Below are positions 20,401 to 35,400 of a stretch of DNA of 64,000 nucleotides, one piece after another. Origin of the DNA: a virus (taxonomy: Duplodnaviria > Caudoviricetes); the IMG/VR virus record IMGVR_UViG_3300041964_000148. The stretch is one strand, 5' to 3'. How positions within the stretch are numbered: the first letter of the stretch is position 1; the number at the start of each line of letters is the position of its first letter. The notes under the pieces are model-generated. The model saw only the letters and a program-made list of their open reading frames with translations, made no database searches and was not told where the DNA came from. Both the position numbers and the translations under genes were made by a program.

Positions 20401-23400
20401 TGATTGGGTTAGGGTTATTTCTAATTCAGGAGTACCGGACAGGCTTCCAAAACCTAGATGCGTTGATTCAAGGATTGGCGCATCCCATTGAGCTTATTAC
20501 CAATGCCATTAAAGCAATGGTGGCGGCGCTGGGCATCTATATCCCACCGGATCTAACCAACATCATTGCTAATGTTACAGAGCAATTTATTAAATCCCTT
20601 CCGATTATTACAGGGGGAGTATTCCTGATTGCCCTGCTCATCAAACGCAACATCGGCGAGGCATTTAGCACTGTGACAGGTGGGGTAATGAAGATCGTCG
20701 GGGGACTGATGCAGGCGGTAGATGCGACACGAGTTTTTGGGGGTGCAATTTCCGACGTAGCACAAAGTCCTAAGGTACAAGCAAAGGTTGGCTCTCAAGT
20801 CCACAAAGTCCGTCGGCAAGAATCTGTGTTGGGCGTCCGCAATCCATTCGCCTATTCCCAAAATGAAGATCAACAGAGAAGAGCCGTTGCGCTTGGGGAT
20901 GAGCGGGTGGCAAAGAGTCGGGCAGCCCTACGGTATCAGGATGAGATCAACAAGAGCCTACAGAAGATTGTTAAGGAGGAAGAGGAAGAAATTAAGCGGT
21001 TGGCGCGATCGCGCAATGCTCGTGACCAAATCATGGCATTTGGAGGAAAGCTCCAGCGCCCCGATGGCTTCTCTTATGAAGTAGCGCCCTTACTAGAGAA
21101 GAAGAAGGGGCTGCTTGGATTAAATCGGCTGGAGTTGAGCGAGACAGGCAAAGCTGCGGTTGCAGATCAAGCAAGGAGAAGAATTACGTCTCCAGACTCC
21201 GAGTCTGCTATGGGGACTCGAATGCAGGCAGCAAGAAGATCTGGATTAAGAGCCGCATTTGAAAGACACAGTGGAGAGCCTATTCCAGATGACGTTCTCA
21301 GGAAACTAGCGCAGCAGGGAGATTACGGCATCACCAATCTCATGGGAGCCTTCCAGAAGGCGATGGAAAATCTTCATGTTAAAGATTTCCAAGTTAACAA
21401 GTTGTACGTTGCCGAATTTAATCGACCCCAAAATTTCCCAACCCAAACACCTATCGACTCAAACGCTTTTGATATCCAACTCAATAGGTTTCGATCGAAT
21501 CCTATTCATGCCAACAAAGAAATTATCAAAAAAGCTAAAACTGCTTCAGAAATTCAAATTGAGATTGACCAAGCTACTACCACTGGGGATACAAGCTATG
21601 CAAATTTGATTGGCAAGTTTAAACAAAGACTTGAAAAGATGTTTGAGGTTCCTGCTGGGAATTCGGCTATTGTAAGCTCTAATGTTATTGAGGAACACGC
21701 AAAGACGCTATCCGCTAAATTCAATTTAAGTGAAGAGGAATACCAAAAAGCAAGAAAAGCTGTTATCACTGACTTGCTTCAGAGACAGGCAAAATCTATT
21801 GGCAAGACTGTAACTGACTTCAATGATTTTGAAGAGGCGAATATTGAAGCCCTGAAGCAAGCTAACCGAAGAGTTGAAGGTTTTCATCCCATCGCGACAA
21901 ATACTGATGTCTTAGCTCAAGCGGTTCGCAATATAGCAGGGCAAACGCAAGCAGAAGTAGATCAACTTAATCAAACTAGGCGCTCCTTTTTTAGTAGCCT
22001 ATTTGGCTTCACTGGAGTTCCTCAACTCATTGAAAATTTCCAGTACAATCGTCGCCTCTTCCGTCGTAGTCAACAAATTTCGCGACGGGTTGAGGAAATG
22101 GCGAGGCAAGAGTCAAAAGACAAAGCATCAGCACAGGCAGCGCGGCAAAGGGGACTAGAGGCGCTGATGTCTAGATCTGGTTCTGGCTATGACTTCCACA
22201 CTCAATCCGCACAATTTTATGCCTCCAAACAAATCAACGCCCAAGAACAGGCATTCATTGAATCTTGGGTAAAAAATCGTAGCTTCAAAGTTGACATTAC
22301 TCAACACCAAGCTTTCCGCCCAGAAGTTGACAAGATAATTGATAGATTTAAGCAACTTTCAACCAATTTAACTTTAAATACTGTTGATGACGTTAAAAAG
22401 TTCCGACAGACACTTAATGATGTATCTACACAGATACAAACACAACTATCAAAAGACGAACAAACTGCTCTTAAAAAGCTAGAGCAATACCTCCTACACG
22501 GAGCATCTGAAGCTCCGAAAGGAGGTCAACTATCTTTTGGTGAGCGAGATTCTATCCTCGCGGCAATTAACAAAAGTATTGCCAATAATAAAGGAGCCTT
22601 CGGCATAACAGGAGATCACAAGGATATCTCCAAGGCAAGTTTCAAGAAGTTATATGACCAAAATGAGGTCGCCATAAACCGCATCATTTCACAGTTCGCA
22701 GCAACGGGTGAATTCGTTGCCAAAATTGGGGGCAAAAATGAGTATATCGAAGGGGCGTATAAAGAGATAGAGAGAAAGCTTGGACTAGGAGGAGGTGGAA
22801 AGGGAAGTTCACTACGACGGATTCAAGACATTAAGTTCAGTAATACGATTCGTCAACTAGGCATTAATTTTGGACTCTTTGTTCAAAGCATCGAAGAGAA
22901 TGTTGCAGAGTTTCGGGAGCGGATTTATAGAGGACTGGATAGCTTTGAAGGTTGGCTTGAATCCCATCTCCGTTTCCCCAGCCTAGCTACTGGAATTGTT
23001 GATCTCATTCGTCGTCCATTTGAGTTCCTCTCAAACAATATAGAAGCTATCTATACAGCACAGAAGATAAATATCCAAAATATGGCAAATCAGATTAGGG
23101 CTGATTTTGTCGGGTCTAATGTTGTCAGCCGAATTAATAACCTTAATCAGAAATATAAAGAAGCAAGAGAAGCCTCACTTCAGACTATCCTGCAATCCTC
23201 CAGGGATGAACGAATAGCTAAACTGGGTCGAAAGAATGCTTTCCAAGGGGCACAGCTAGGTCCTGTGTGGGAAGAGTTAAAGAAACGGCAACTTAGTCAA
23301 GCTCAGTCCGGTCAAACTGTAAGCGCATTGATGCGTGGGGGAATGAGCGAACAAGCTGTTCGTTCCATGTTAGACAGGGAACTGCGACGACAGGGACTTT

Positions 23401-26400
23401 CTAGGGATCAGGTTACAACCGAGATAGATAAGGTTCTTGCTAGCCTTGGGAATCAAGCTCGCTATTCAGTGGGCGACATCTTGAAGATGCGAGGCATTGA
23501 TGCAACTAAGGTCTCCAAGGCGCTTGAGTCTGCTCTTTCACTAGAAGCTAAGGCAGTAGAGCAAATCCTCAAGAACCCAAACTATACGGCGCGAGCTGTG
23601 GGTCCATTCCAGCTCTTTATGGTTCGTGACATAGTTGGCATTCTAGGCGACACCTTCCGAGGAATTGGAGGTACGATGGTGCGTCTTGTTCGCCCTGTTG
23701 CAAAAGATGTAACAGCGGCATTTGGTAGTAATGTGTTGACTCGTATCGCTAATGTGACCCGTGAAATTAATAAATTCTTAGAGATTGGAGCATCTCGATT
23801 AGAAGTAGGAATTATTAAAGTTGTTGGGCGAAACCCGTTAAGTCGGGCAATTAATCGCTTTGCGAGTAGCCTTGGTGGACAGACAGATCTACTAGCTCGG
23901 TTTTTTGACAAACAAGCTGGTATTGTTGCCGATCAAGCTCCTAAAACCTTTACGGTTCGGATTGTTAATGCCGTTCAGTCCATCTACAAAGCTGTTTCAG
24001 ATAATCTTACAAAAGCTTATAACTACGTTCAAGCTCAAAAAGGCATCCTTCCTGCGATCGCACGGCTTATGGGAGGCGTTCGAGATTTCTTCAAGGGATT
24101 GTTCCGTAACAAAGAACTTGAAAAAGTTCAACAACAGATTAGTCAACAACGAAGGGCGTTTGAATCTAACGATCCAAGAAAGTTCAAGGGTGAAGAGCAG
24201 CAAGCAAGAGCAGCTTCCCGTCGTCGAAGGATAGCCGAACAACTTCCGGCATTAGAAGAGAAACGCAGGCTCTTAGCACGTAATCCAGTCCAGAAAATGG
24301 CTGATTATGTAAGCTCTAAAAAGCTTCCAGAGAGAGGATTTAATCGGATAGGACAAACCTTTGAAGGGATGAGTAGTCGCCTCTCTGAGTTCGCCACGGT
24401 TCTCCGTGATAAGCGAGTAAAAGCAGAGGAAAAGCGCCGAGGCGGGGTTTACGATCCAGACTTATATGATCGCGTTTCGCCAAGAGGTCAAAGACGCGGG
24501 GCAAGTGGGCTGGGACAAACGATGTCGCCCCAAAACAACGACCAAATGGGAGGCGTCCGACCAAGAGAAGGGATGCGATACATAGGGCGAGGGATTGTAG
24601 GTGCAACACAAGACATCCTGCCCTTGACCACCAAGATATTTTCCGACTTGCTCTCGGCTGGAGCTAAAACAAGCGATCGCCTGGGACAATTCTTCCGAGG
24701 AGCGGCGCTAAAAGTTCAAGGGGCATGGTGGCAATCGGCGACCGACATCATGGGACGTAGTTGGCGAGCAATGGTTACAGCAGCAAAAGGAGTCGGAAGC
24801 TTCATTATTGCCCGATTAAATCATGGAAGTGCCGACGTAACGGCAGCAGCCTGGGATCGCACTCAGCATTCAGTTTCCCAGGATATGCAACAGATGGCTG
24901 AAACTGCTCAAGCCACTGGACAACATATTAGCGGAAGCATGGAGCAATCGGCAACCCGCTCCGTTGGGTTCTTTTCTCAACTAGGAAACAGCATTGGCAG
25001 AGTCGGCAAAGCCGGGATGGCGATTGGAGGAGCAGTTACAGGCATAGGTTTCGGAGCGCAGACAGCCGTATACTCCCTCTCTACAATGGGATTTGTTAGC
25101 GAGGATACATCCGAGAAACTTCGCAAATTCTTTGAAATCTTCACTCTTTTTGGTGCCGTAGGCGGAATAGTTACTCCGCTCTTTGCCGCAGTAGCATCTT
25201 CTTTGGGAGCCATTGGCGCGATCGCCGGAACAGTCGGCACAGCAATTGTCGGGGTTGGCGGTGCGATCGCTTCTGTTGTTGGACTAGGAAGTGTCGCCTT
25301 CGCCCCAATTATTTTAGGTATTGCAGCCGTTGGGCTTGCATTTGCTGGATTGTACTTAGCGATTAAATCCAACTTCCTCGGAATTGGCAATATACTTACT
25401 ACCCCTATCCATTGGATCGAGGCAGCATGGCAGGGATTCGTAGATCGATTTGGGGCAAGGTTGATGCCAATCATTCAACCTGCATTGAATGTCGCACAGG
25501 GTTTAATCAACGCATTGAACCATAACCCCACCCTCCGCATTCCAGAAGCTTGGGAGGCTATGAAGGAAAGAATCGGGGCTGTATTTAACTGGATGTCTTC
25601 AACAGCCGGGGCAATTGGCAATGCGATCGTTGGATTCTTTAGCCCTATCGGTAAATTATTCTCACACGGCGGAGTACGCGAACAGCCAGTAATTCAACCC
25701 CGCGAAAATAGCATTCAACAACTTGGACATAAAGTTCAAGAATCAACCTCAGTAGTCACTGAAAGAGCAAGTGGCTTAGGTCGTGCGGTTAATGATCTAG
25801 CTGCCAAAACCCTTGTTGATATCCTGGCAAAAATAACATTACTTGTCGGAGGAATAGTTCTATTTCGCCAACAAGTTGGGAAAGATATTGCCAATCTGGG
25901 CGCTCAGGTCGTATCGAGCCGCAGTATGCCTTCTTCTTTGATTAATGCGATTGGCGTAAGTGTTTTGGCTAAAACTTTTGCTACCTCACTTGGTATAGCC
26001 AAGATCGTTAGGGGCGTCACATCTCTAGGTAAAATATCCGAAGATCTGCTTAAGCCAATCCAGAAGTTAGCTTCAAACATAGGACTGAAAGCTAATACGA
26101 CAGGAAGACGACCCCAAACCGCACTAGAGTTAACATCCGGAACACTCAAGGGACTAGGAAAACTAGGGGACAAACTTCGACCTATTGCTGGATACATACC
26201 AGCGATTGCACTCGCTGCACCTGATGTAGCAATGTTAGGAAGCGGACTTATTGGATTAAGCTATGCCTTTAGCGAATTTCCTGTCTTCCTGTTAAAGTTC
26301 AAGTCACTTCTTATGTTGGCTGGTGGCTTTGCCTCTGCGATCTCTGGGGTTGTGCTCTTACTGGAATTGGCAACCAAACAGACAAATGTACTAGGAGTGC

Positions 26401-29400
26401 TTGTTGGTAGTCTAGTATTCGTTGTTAAAGCTTTTGCCGGAGTATTCAAGGGCTTTCAGAAAGCTTTTGCTGAAATTTCAAACCCCCTGAAAGCCTACTA
26501 CGATGACTTTATCGCCACAGTCCAAAGGATGGGTAAAGCGGGCGATGATTTTGGACAAAAACTTGGATACGGGCTAGCTCAAGCTCTAATTTATCCTTTA
26601 AACTTTATTTACCAAGCTTGGCAGGGTTTAGTAGACTGGTTCGCACGACTCCCTTTGGTATCACACGCACTAAATATAGGGCAAGGGTTGGTAAATGCTC
26701 TGAACCACGGCGCGGCGGACGTTACAGCCGATGCTTGGGAGTCTACTGAGCAGCGAGTAGGAGGAGTTTTTGGTTCCTTGGCGTCAGCCGCAAGTGGTAT
26801 CGGCAATACAATCGCTGGGGCTTTCAAGCCAAGACCTCAAAAGAATAAAGTATTGCAACCCCAAAGTCAAGTAGAAGAGAACCCGGAGTCTCTTGGCTCT
26901 GGAATCATTAAGAATGCAACAGTAGCCATAGCATTTCTGCGCGACAAAATTACAGCTCTTATTAAGTCAATCGGGCTATTAAATACAAAGGTTGACTATC
27001 AGTCTCAATTGCTAAAACATCAGCTTCGACTACAACAAGTCAATTTAGTTCGTTCTAGTTGGGGTATTTTAACGAATCGAGAGAGGAATAGTAACTTATC
27101 TGGACGCGCCTCCAATTTGCCGTGGGTGCAAAGGCGTCAAGCTCAAGTGCGAGGAATTGGTGGGCTTAAAGAGGCGGCAGAAAACCCGCGTCTGCGGCGA
27201 CTTAAGCAGTTAGGAGGACTGGTTGGGGAGTTAACTGGACTAAAAGGGGGAGCGATCGCTTCCTTGCTAACAGGTATTACCTCGATCAGTGGGGCGTTAG
27301 GTTTACTTGTCCTAGCATTCTCTACTGACTTTTTAGAAATCCGAACTAAGACCGTTAAGCTTGCCCAATCTATGCAGGGTGCATTCAAGGGGGCAATTGA
27401 CTGGATTACAGGAGCTTGGACTGGCTTTAGCAATTGGTTTGGAAAGATGCCTTTAGTTCGCCAAGCCCTTGCAATTGCTCAAGGTTTAATCAACTCATTG
27501 AACCATTTCCCAACGGTCAAGATTCCAGAAGCGTGGGAAGAAGCAGGCAGGCGGATTGTCGGACAATTCCATTATTGGCTAAATGTTGCTAAATGGGTAG
27601 GGGTTGCCATTGCGGGCACCCTGATTACGGCATTAACTGCAATTGCTGCGGCGACAAATCCGGTAATGGCTGCAATCACGGGATTTACTTTAGGAATAAG
27701 CGCACTAGCTTTCTTTTCCTCAAAGATACTAGCAGGATTTGGTGCTGTTCTTGACTGGTTTGGGAATCGCATTCTTGCCTTAGATGTCAAGTTTGCTTCG
27801 GTAAACATAGGTGCTATAGCAGGACCATTGTTTGGCTTAAGCACCATATTCGCCACCGTAACTACCGCAGGAACCCTACTGGCAGCGGTTCTAACAGCAC
27901 CTGTATTTGCCCCTTGGATTGCTGGAGCTACAGCACTAGGAGGAGCGATCGCCGGAGCCTTGTTCTTGTGGCAGCGTTTCAGAAAGCAATCTGAGATACC
28001 TCCGTCCGTAGAACAACCGACTCCCACCCCAGGATTTAGAGAACGAGTGGGGCAGAAGGCTCAGGGAGTCCGAGATGCGATTGTTGAGCAAGGTGTAAGG
28101 GCTAAAAATGCTGGAATAGGTGCGGCTAATGCAGTTGTGGAGCAAGCTACGAAGGTTAAAGATGCTGGAGTAGGTGCGGCTAATACAGTGGCTCAACAAT
28201 ACCAGTTGTTCGCTTCGGCTGCGGCTGACGTAAGCTCTATTCGTCAAAGCTTACAGGCGAGTTCTTCTCTAGGAGATCTAAACAGCAGCTATCTGTCTAA
28301 AATTGTTGATTTAATTCAAAATCTTGTTGATTTTAACAAGCCGAAACCTAGTCCGGAGCCACCTCCAATGGTTACAGGACAGTCGCTTATCGTTGGCTCC
28401 GGAGAAGTTAATAACCCGAATGCTATCCAGAACAAAGTAGGGGGGATCGGTGCGGCTATTCAAGATACTGTTTTGGGTCAAAACGCTTTTGGAAAACTTC
28501 TTTTAAGTCCTATTGCCAGAGCGCCGTTAGATGCAATGGGATTAAAAGATACCCAGAAACGGATCACAAAGGAAAGAGAGCGTGAGCGAATCAGGCAATC
28601 ATTAGGACAACAGAAAACTGGTGTCCAATCCTCACTACCTGGTCCCCTGGGATTATTTAGCAAAAAGGATGAGTTTCAAGAAGCAATTCAATCCCAACTT
28701 CAGGGGCAAGAACTGAAATTAGCCGAAAAAGTAATTAGTGGAGCGCAAAGCTCTAGCGCCCTTGTCCGAGATCAATACAAGGGTTTGGTCACGACGATCA
28801 CTCAAAACGGACAAGAGCAAGTTGTCCTAAATGAAAAAGGGCAAAATTACTTAGAAGGACAACTTGCAGGACTCATTAAGCAGCAAACAGGATCGTTCTC
28901 TGAAAAAGAATTGGCAGTTACGGCTCAGAAAGCGGGATTCAAAGGAACTCCCGAACAATTAAGGCAAGCTGCCTTGGAGGGACTAAGAGGGAAAGATAAG
29001 GATCAGTTGTCCGCTCTAGAGCAAGCCGCAGGCACACTTCCTGGGACGAAGGTTGATTACCAGGAACTTGCTAGCGACAGTTTGTCACGGTTAGTTGAAA
29101 TCGCCCAGAACATCTTCACTTGTGTTGACTACATCGCTGCCCTTCTACAACCAAAATCCAAGGTTCCTAAGTCTCTAGCTTCAGGGGCATCAATTCCCGT
29201 TGATTTCCAACCTACTCCACCTTCTCCTCCAGCAGAGCCAAGTCTTGTATCTAAGGCGGGAGATGCAATCAATAACACGTTATCCTCTCTCGGTGTCCAC
29301 GCCAAGACGCCACTCAGTACCGGGGCAGCAGGAGCTGAATCAATAACAGAGGTTCTAACTCGACTTCGTAATTCTCTGTCAACGACCAAAGAGCCAGTAG

Positions 29401-32400
29401 AATACACCTCTATTCAAAAACGTATTGGGCAGTTGTTCGCTGGCAAGTTTGAGCAACCCAAAGGAGTCCAGGCTCGCCTTTCAGATCAAGTAGGCAAGCC
29501 CCAGCCCACTGCCCAAGGCATAGATGCTGACCCATCAAAGGCATTGGCGTTTGCCGCTCAAAATACGACACAAGCTTGGAATAATACCACTACGGCGATC
29601 GCGTCCAACATTGATTCCTTAGTTAGTACGTCTGCCGACCAAGGTTACGAATTACAAAAAGCAGTATCCGAGGGTTCTCCAGGACCTACTTATTGGATTC
29701 GAGAACACTGGAGTAAAACAGTCGAGGCGATTAAGGGATGGATGCATGGATTAGGCAGTACATCCCAGAAGGTTGGGGAAGCAGTAACCCAATCCCTAAC
29801 CCCCCAGGAGATGGTTCAAAAGGCGAAAGAAGGTATCCAACAAGTCGGGAAAAGTTTGCTTATTTTGGGGGGAGACATTGGAGACTTTATTCGTAGGGCA
29901 ACAGTCGCGACACTGACTCTTAACTTCTTCGAGCTAGGAGATGCCGTTGGCGACCTTGGTGGAAATTTTGGCTACTTTGCTCAAGGAGTAATGACTGGCT
30001 TTGGGCAGATGGGCAAGAGTGCGATCGCCTTCTGGTTGATGGCAATGAGTTGGGCAACGCCCTTCTTTGTAATCCTAGGAGGAGTTACTTTTGTCACTGC
30101 CGTCTTGGTTGCGAACTTCTTGGGGCTACGGACTATTCTTGGTGGAGTGATCCGGATTGGAATTGGGGCAGGACAAATCCTGATTGCGGTCTTGGGAGGC
30201 TTGGGGAATACGGTTAAGTCCCTTGGCAAGATTGCCCTTGGTGTATTTAAAGCACTCAGGGGAGACTTCTCACTACTTGACGAGGGAATTGCTCAACTAA
30301 AAGCCAGTTTCACCCAAATGAAAGCGGGCGTAGTTCGGGGGCTTAAGACGATTGGGCGAGGCATTCGGCAGATCTTTACTGGGATTGATCAAGGAATCCA
30401 GCAGGTATTCCCCTCGTTTAAGGGTGTTATCCACTACGTTCAGGCTATTTCCTCGGCATTAAAAAATCCAGAAGCTGCCGCACGGATGCTGGCGCAAGGG
30501 ATTGTCCGAGTTGCGCGACAAATTGGAGACACCATCCAAACTATTCCTGGATTCGTAGCGCGTGGGGTACAGAAGGCGTTTAAGTGGGTGAAGGACGGTG
30601 CTAATGCCGTACTCAAAAAAGGACAGCAGGTTGTTGCTTACTTCAGCGGGTTGTCGTTTTCAGAGGTAGGCGATCGCTTCGTCACGGTTCTCCGTGATGT
30701 GGGAAATGCCATTGTTCGCCTACCTGGAACATTGACGGGGGCGGTGGAGCGGATGATACCCGCCCTCAAGGCTCCTTTCAACTATCTACGAAGATTTATT
30801 GGGACTTTTATCAATGAGATGAAAGCCTTGCTCCCACCGGGAATAGCTGCATCGATAGTGCTGGGATTTGAACGTGCGGCTGGGTGGATCAAGGCAATCT
30901 TTAGCCGGATTAAATCAGGATTGCGCGGCTTTGTAACTCAGCTTGGCTTTGAAGAGCAGTTTAATGCTGTCACCCAAGGTATCCGAACACGATGGCAGCA
31001 GTTAGTTGATTTTGCAACTAAGACCAATTTATTTGGTTCTATTCCAAAAGATATCAAGCAGTTTTCTGCTGCTTTTGTAAGGGGCGTAGACTTAGCTCAA
31101 GCCATTTGGACTCGATTTACAAATTGGCTGGCATCTACGACCTTATTCCCTAAGATTTGGACGCAACTTGAGACGTTGGGAAGTCGATTCACTCAATTTG
31201 CCGAGAAATTGGGCGAAAAATGGGAGGGGGTTAAAGGGGAATTTGCGACTGGGAATATGTTCGCTGGCTTCTTTGAGAGGATGAGGCGTCTAGGGACTCG
31301 TTTTCAGGAATTCGTTATCAAGCTAGAAGAGAATTGGCGTGGATTTGCTCGAATTATTCCAGGTATCCCCATCTTCCAATCTCTATTCACCGAGCTTTAT
31401 GTGTTTGGCGATCGCTTTAGTGGGCTTGCCAACTTCCTGGAGCAGCAATGGCGAAAGTTGGCGCAGTTTTTAGGTACAACGTCACTAGTTGGAGGTGCGA
31501 TCTCGACCATTGAGTTTTTGGGGCGAAAGTTCACTGAGGTTATTGGGTTTGTCAAGGGAGCCTGGGAACCTTTCACCGAGTTTTTAAACAGCAGTGACTT
31601 CTTCTCAAAGGCATTCGAGCAGCTTCGCAAATTTGGGAATTTTATCCCTCAACTAGGTGAAACGACGAGGCAGGAATTCTCTAAAGCCAGGGAATTTATT
31701 GAAAATGTATTCCAGGATGTCCCTGGAGCAGTTAATCGCGCAGTTGAGCGCATTAGCAATGCTTGGCGAGGATTTACAGACCAATTCCAGTCTATTTTGT
31801 CCCCGATTGTTGATTTTGCAAAGAAAGTTGCTCAGTGGCTAATAGACGCATTGAACCATTCACCAACGGTCCGCATCCCAGAGGCGTGGGAAAAGGCAGT
31901 TGCTTGGATTCGAGGGACTATAGAATCTTTGGTTGCCCCAGCTCAAGGGGTAGCTGAAAAACTAACTGGAATATTCCAGTCTACAACAAATCGTATCTCT
32001 GACTATTGGGCTGGATTTAGCCAAACGTTTGAGACTCACGTTGTCCCTGCCCTGAACGCACTAAAACCTCACCTAGACGAGTTGAGAGAGGGCTTCCAAG
32101 GATTTACAGAGCGACTACAGGCCGCGCTTTCTCCCTTAATAGAGAGATTTGGTCAAATCACATCTCAAGTTCAAGATTTTATTCAAAGGATTCGAGCGGC
32201 AAGGGAACCTATAGACGCAACAGCAAATTCCGCTGTCAATTTAGGTGATTTGCTAGCACGGGGATTAGCCGGTGCCATATCGACAATCGAGCGAATGTCC
32301 CCCGCTATTTCAGTTGTTCTTAAGATATTAGGAAACTTAACGATTGGCTTTTTGGAATTAAGCGATCGCATACTTGCTGGGCTTAGTCCGGCTCTATCCA

Positions 32401-35400
32401 CCATTAAAGAGCTTGCCGATAAGGTATGGCGATTTGGCAACGCCTTTACAGAGGTATTTGGAGCTGCCGTTGCTCCGGCAGCCAAGGAACTACTTCCGGT
32501 TCTTAAGAAGCTACTAGCTATTTATGGGCGAGTGCTTGCGTTATCTGCTGCCCTTCCCTTTGGAATGATCGCTGGTGGCTTGGCTGGAGTCGTGGTTTCC
32601 ATGAAGGCGCTACTGAATTTATTTGAGCCAATGAATCAACGCACGAAGGAACTCTTAACTTCCTTCAGTAGCGCACAAGATATGGGGAAGGCATTTGGGG
32701 AGATTGTCGGCAATTCCATTTCGGGAGTAATTAATACCTTAAAAATTCTCCTGGAAGTGGCGGCTACGGTGGGTGATACCTTGACGGCACCACTAAAGTT
32801 CATTGATGCCGCATGGGAGAAAACGGGAAATGCGATCGGGGGAGTTTTAGGGCGATTAAAGCGACAAGCAAAGGGCGCTGGGAAAGGATTTCAGGGGGAT
32901 CTCTCTGAGGCGTCTCCTGGTCCCACCTACTGGATACGCCAAAACTGGGCGAAGACAGGGGACTTTGTGAGCAATCAGATAAAAGAGATGGCATCGACAG
33001 CCAAGACCCAGGGGAATGGCATGAGGCAATCGCTAGAAAATGTCATGGGAGGGGGCGACGCATCTACAAATATATTTCGATTTGCCCAGCAAAATGGAAA
33101 CAAGGCACAGCTCGTATCTATTTATGAACAAATGGAGGCAATGAGGCGAGCCGGCGCACTTGAGCAGCAAATCCGAGAAAAGCACCAAGCTGGCTTATTG
33201 TCTGACGCTAGGGCTGAAAAGCAAATAATGAAACAGAGGCAGCTAGGGCAAAAAGCACACCTAGCAATGATTAACACTGTTAGGGAGATCCAGACTTCGG
33301 CTAGGGAGAGAGAAGCTTCGGCTGCCGGAGCAACTCAGGAGCGAAATCAAAAGTTAGCCAACAGCTCAAGGGGGCTTTTCCTCAGTATGGGTTCTGCCCT
33401 ATCTAACTTCGCTCCACAACTTGCAACACCTCTATTCATGCTCAACGACTTTGTAGATCTTTTCATAGATCTCAAAGATGTACTTCCCCAAATCCGAGCA
33501 TTGTTTGGAGCGACAGAAGCGGCAACAGCCGCTAATGCAGCGACAACGAGTGCTGCTAATGGAGTAATTGCAGCGTCAGAAGGAACCGTGACGGCGGCAG
33601 CCGCGAGTTCAGCAGCAGCCCAAGTCCAGGGCTCTGCGGCATCTAGTGGAGCAGCAATAGGGGAAGCTGCCGTTGTTGGGGGAGCTAATAGCTTTATGGC
33701 AACGACTTACGGACTCCTAGGGAGGGCAGCTCAATCGGCTTACGCCAACATGATTAAACCCCTGATTCCTCTACTTCCCTGGATATTAGGTGTGTCTGCT
33801 GCACTATTCATTCTCTATCAAGGTTTCAAAAATAATTTCTTAGGCATAGGGGAGGCGATCAAAGGAGTTGGCGGCTTTATTAAAGAGTTTTTCGATTTAC
33901 TGCTTGGTGGAGTATGGCAAACAATTGCCTCGATCTTTCTCAATATTGAGGTTCAAATCAGTGCTATCGGTCGCACACTTGGTCGGGTCGGTCATATTTT
34001 AATGGAACCGTTCCGCCCACTCTTGGCGGCATTTGGTGTTTCTGGACAACGCTCTCTGTTGGGGAATGCAATGGTCGTGACGGTCAATTTGATCCTCCTT
34101 CCTTTAAAACTAGTTGCAGGAGCAATTAATCTCATCATTAGCCTCCTCAGTGGCTTTATTCAAGGCGTAATTCTAGTTGGGGGAATCATCCTCAATTTCA
34201 TCCTGCTCCCTATTCGGTTGATCAACGCCGCGATTTACGGCGTCATGATGGGCTTCAATTCTGTGATGCTCGGTGTCAACCAAGCGGTCAACTTATTACT
34301 TCTTGCCCCTCTAAATATCGCCACGGCTGTTGCCTACAAGATTGCCAACGTAATCGCAAAAATAGGGCGAGTAATTACTGCCTTCATTCTTTCTCCCTTC
34401 TTTGCCGTCCAAAATGCCATCATGAGGGCGATCAGCCCTGTGGTGGATTTTGTCTTTAAAGCAATTGGATTGATCGCAGGGGCAGCAGCTCTAATTTTCA
34501 CCATCTTAAATCCAGGGATGGTAATTGGGACGTTCTTTGCCTTCGTCACTGGGGCAACATTAGCGGCAAAAGCAATTCGATTCACATTAGGGATTCCACT
34601 TAAAGCTATCGGTTTCCTGTGGCGAAACACGTTAGGAAAGATGGCTGCTGCGGCAGTGACAGATTCGACAGTGGTAGGTGGAGCCAATACGTTCATGGCG
34701 ACAACGTATGGGTTATTGGCAAACGCTGCACGATGGGCATATAAACAAATCTTGATGCCATTAATGCCTTTGCTCCCACTAATCCTAGCCGTCGTGGCAG
34801 TTCTCGGTCTTCTTTACTTGGGATTTAAGACCAATTTCTTGGGCATTGGTGATGTGATAAAGGGGTTTATAGGAGGGTTCTTACTGGTATTTGATGTTGT
34901 TTGGGGCGTAATTAAAGGAATAGGGGATGCGATCTCCCAGGTATTTGGTAGCCTGATAACTTCGGTTGGAGAAATCTTTGGGGCATTAAAAGAACTAGCC
35001 GGGGCTATTCTTGCTCCCTTCGACGCTTTATTCGGACTGTTTGGAGGAAATGGTGCCGGGGGTGGGGGATCACTTGGAGAGGCAATCAGTGCTACTGTCG
35101 GTTTTATTCTAATTCCCACTAAGTTTGTTGCCGATGCCCTTTCGTTAGTGATTCGGGGGATAACATCCCTGATTGTGGGAGTTATTAGGCTAGGAACAGC
35201 AATCATCAATAGCATTTTCCGACCCATCACCAGTACGTTAGGATTCCTTTCTCCTGTAATGGGAGTAATTCGGACAATTATTGGGGCGATCGGAGGGGTG
35301 GCATTAGGGATTGCGGCTCTAATCGGCTTGATTGGTTTTCTCGCTACTACCCTGATTCCGTTAATAATGACCGGAACCGCTATGCTATTTGGGATGATCG

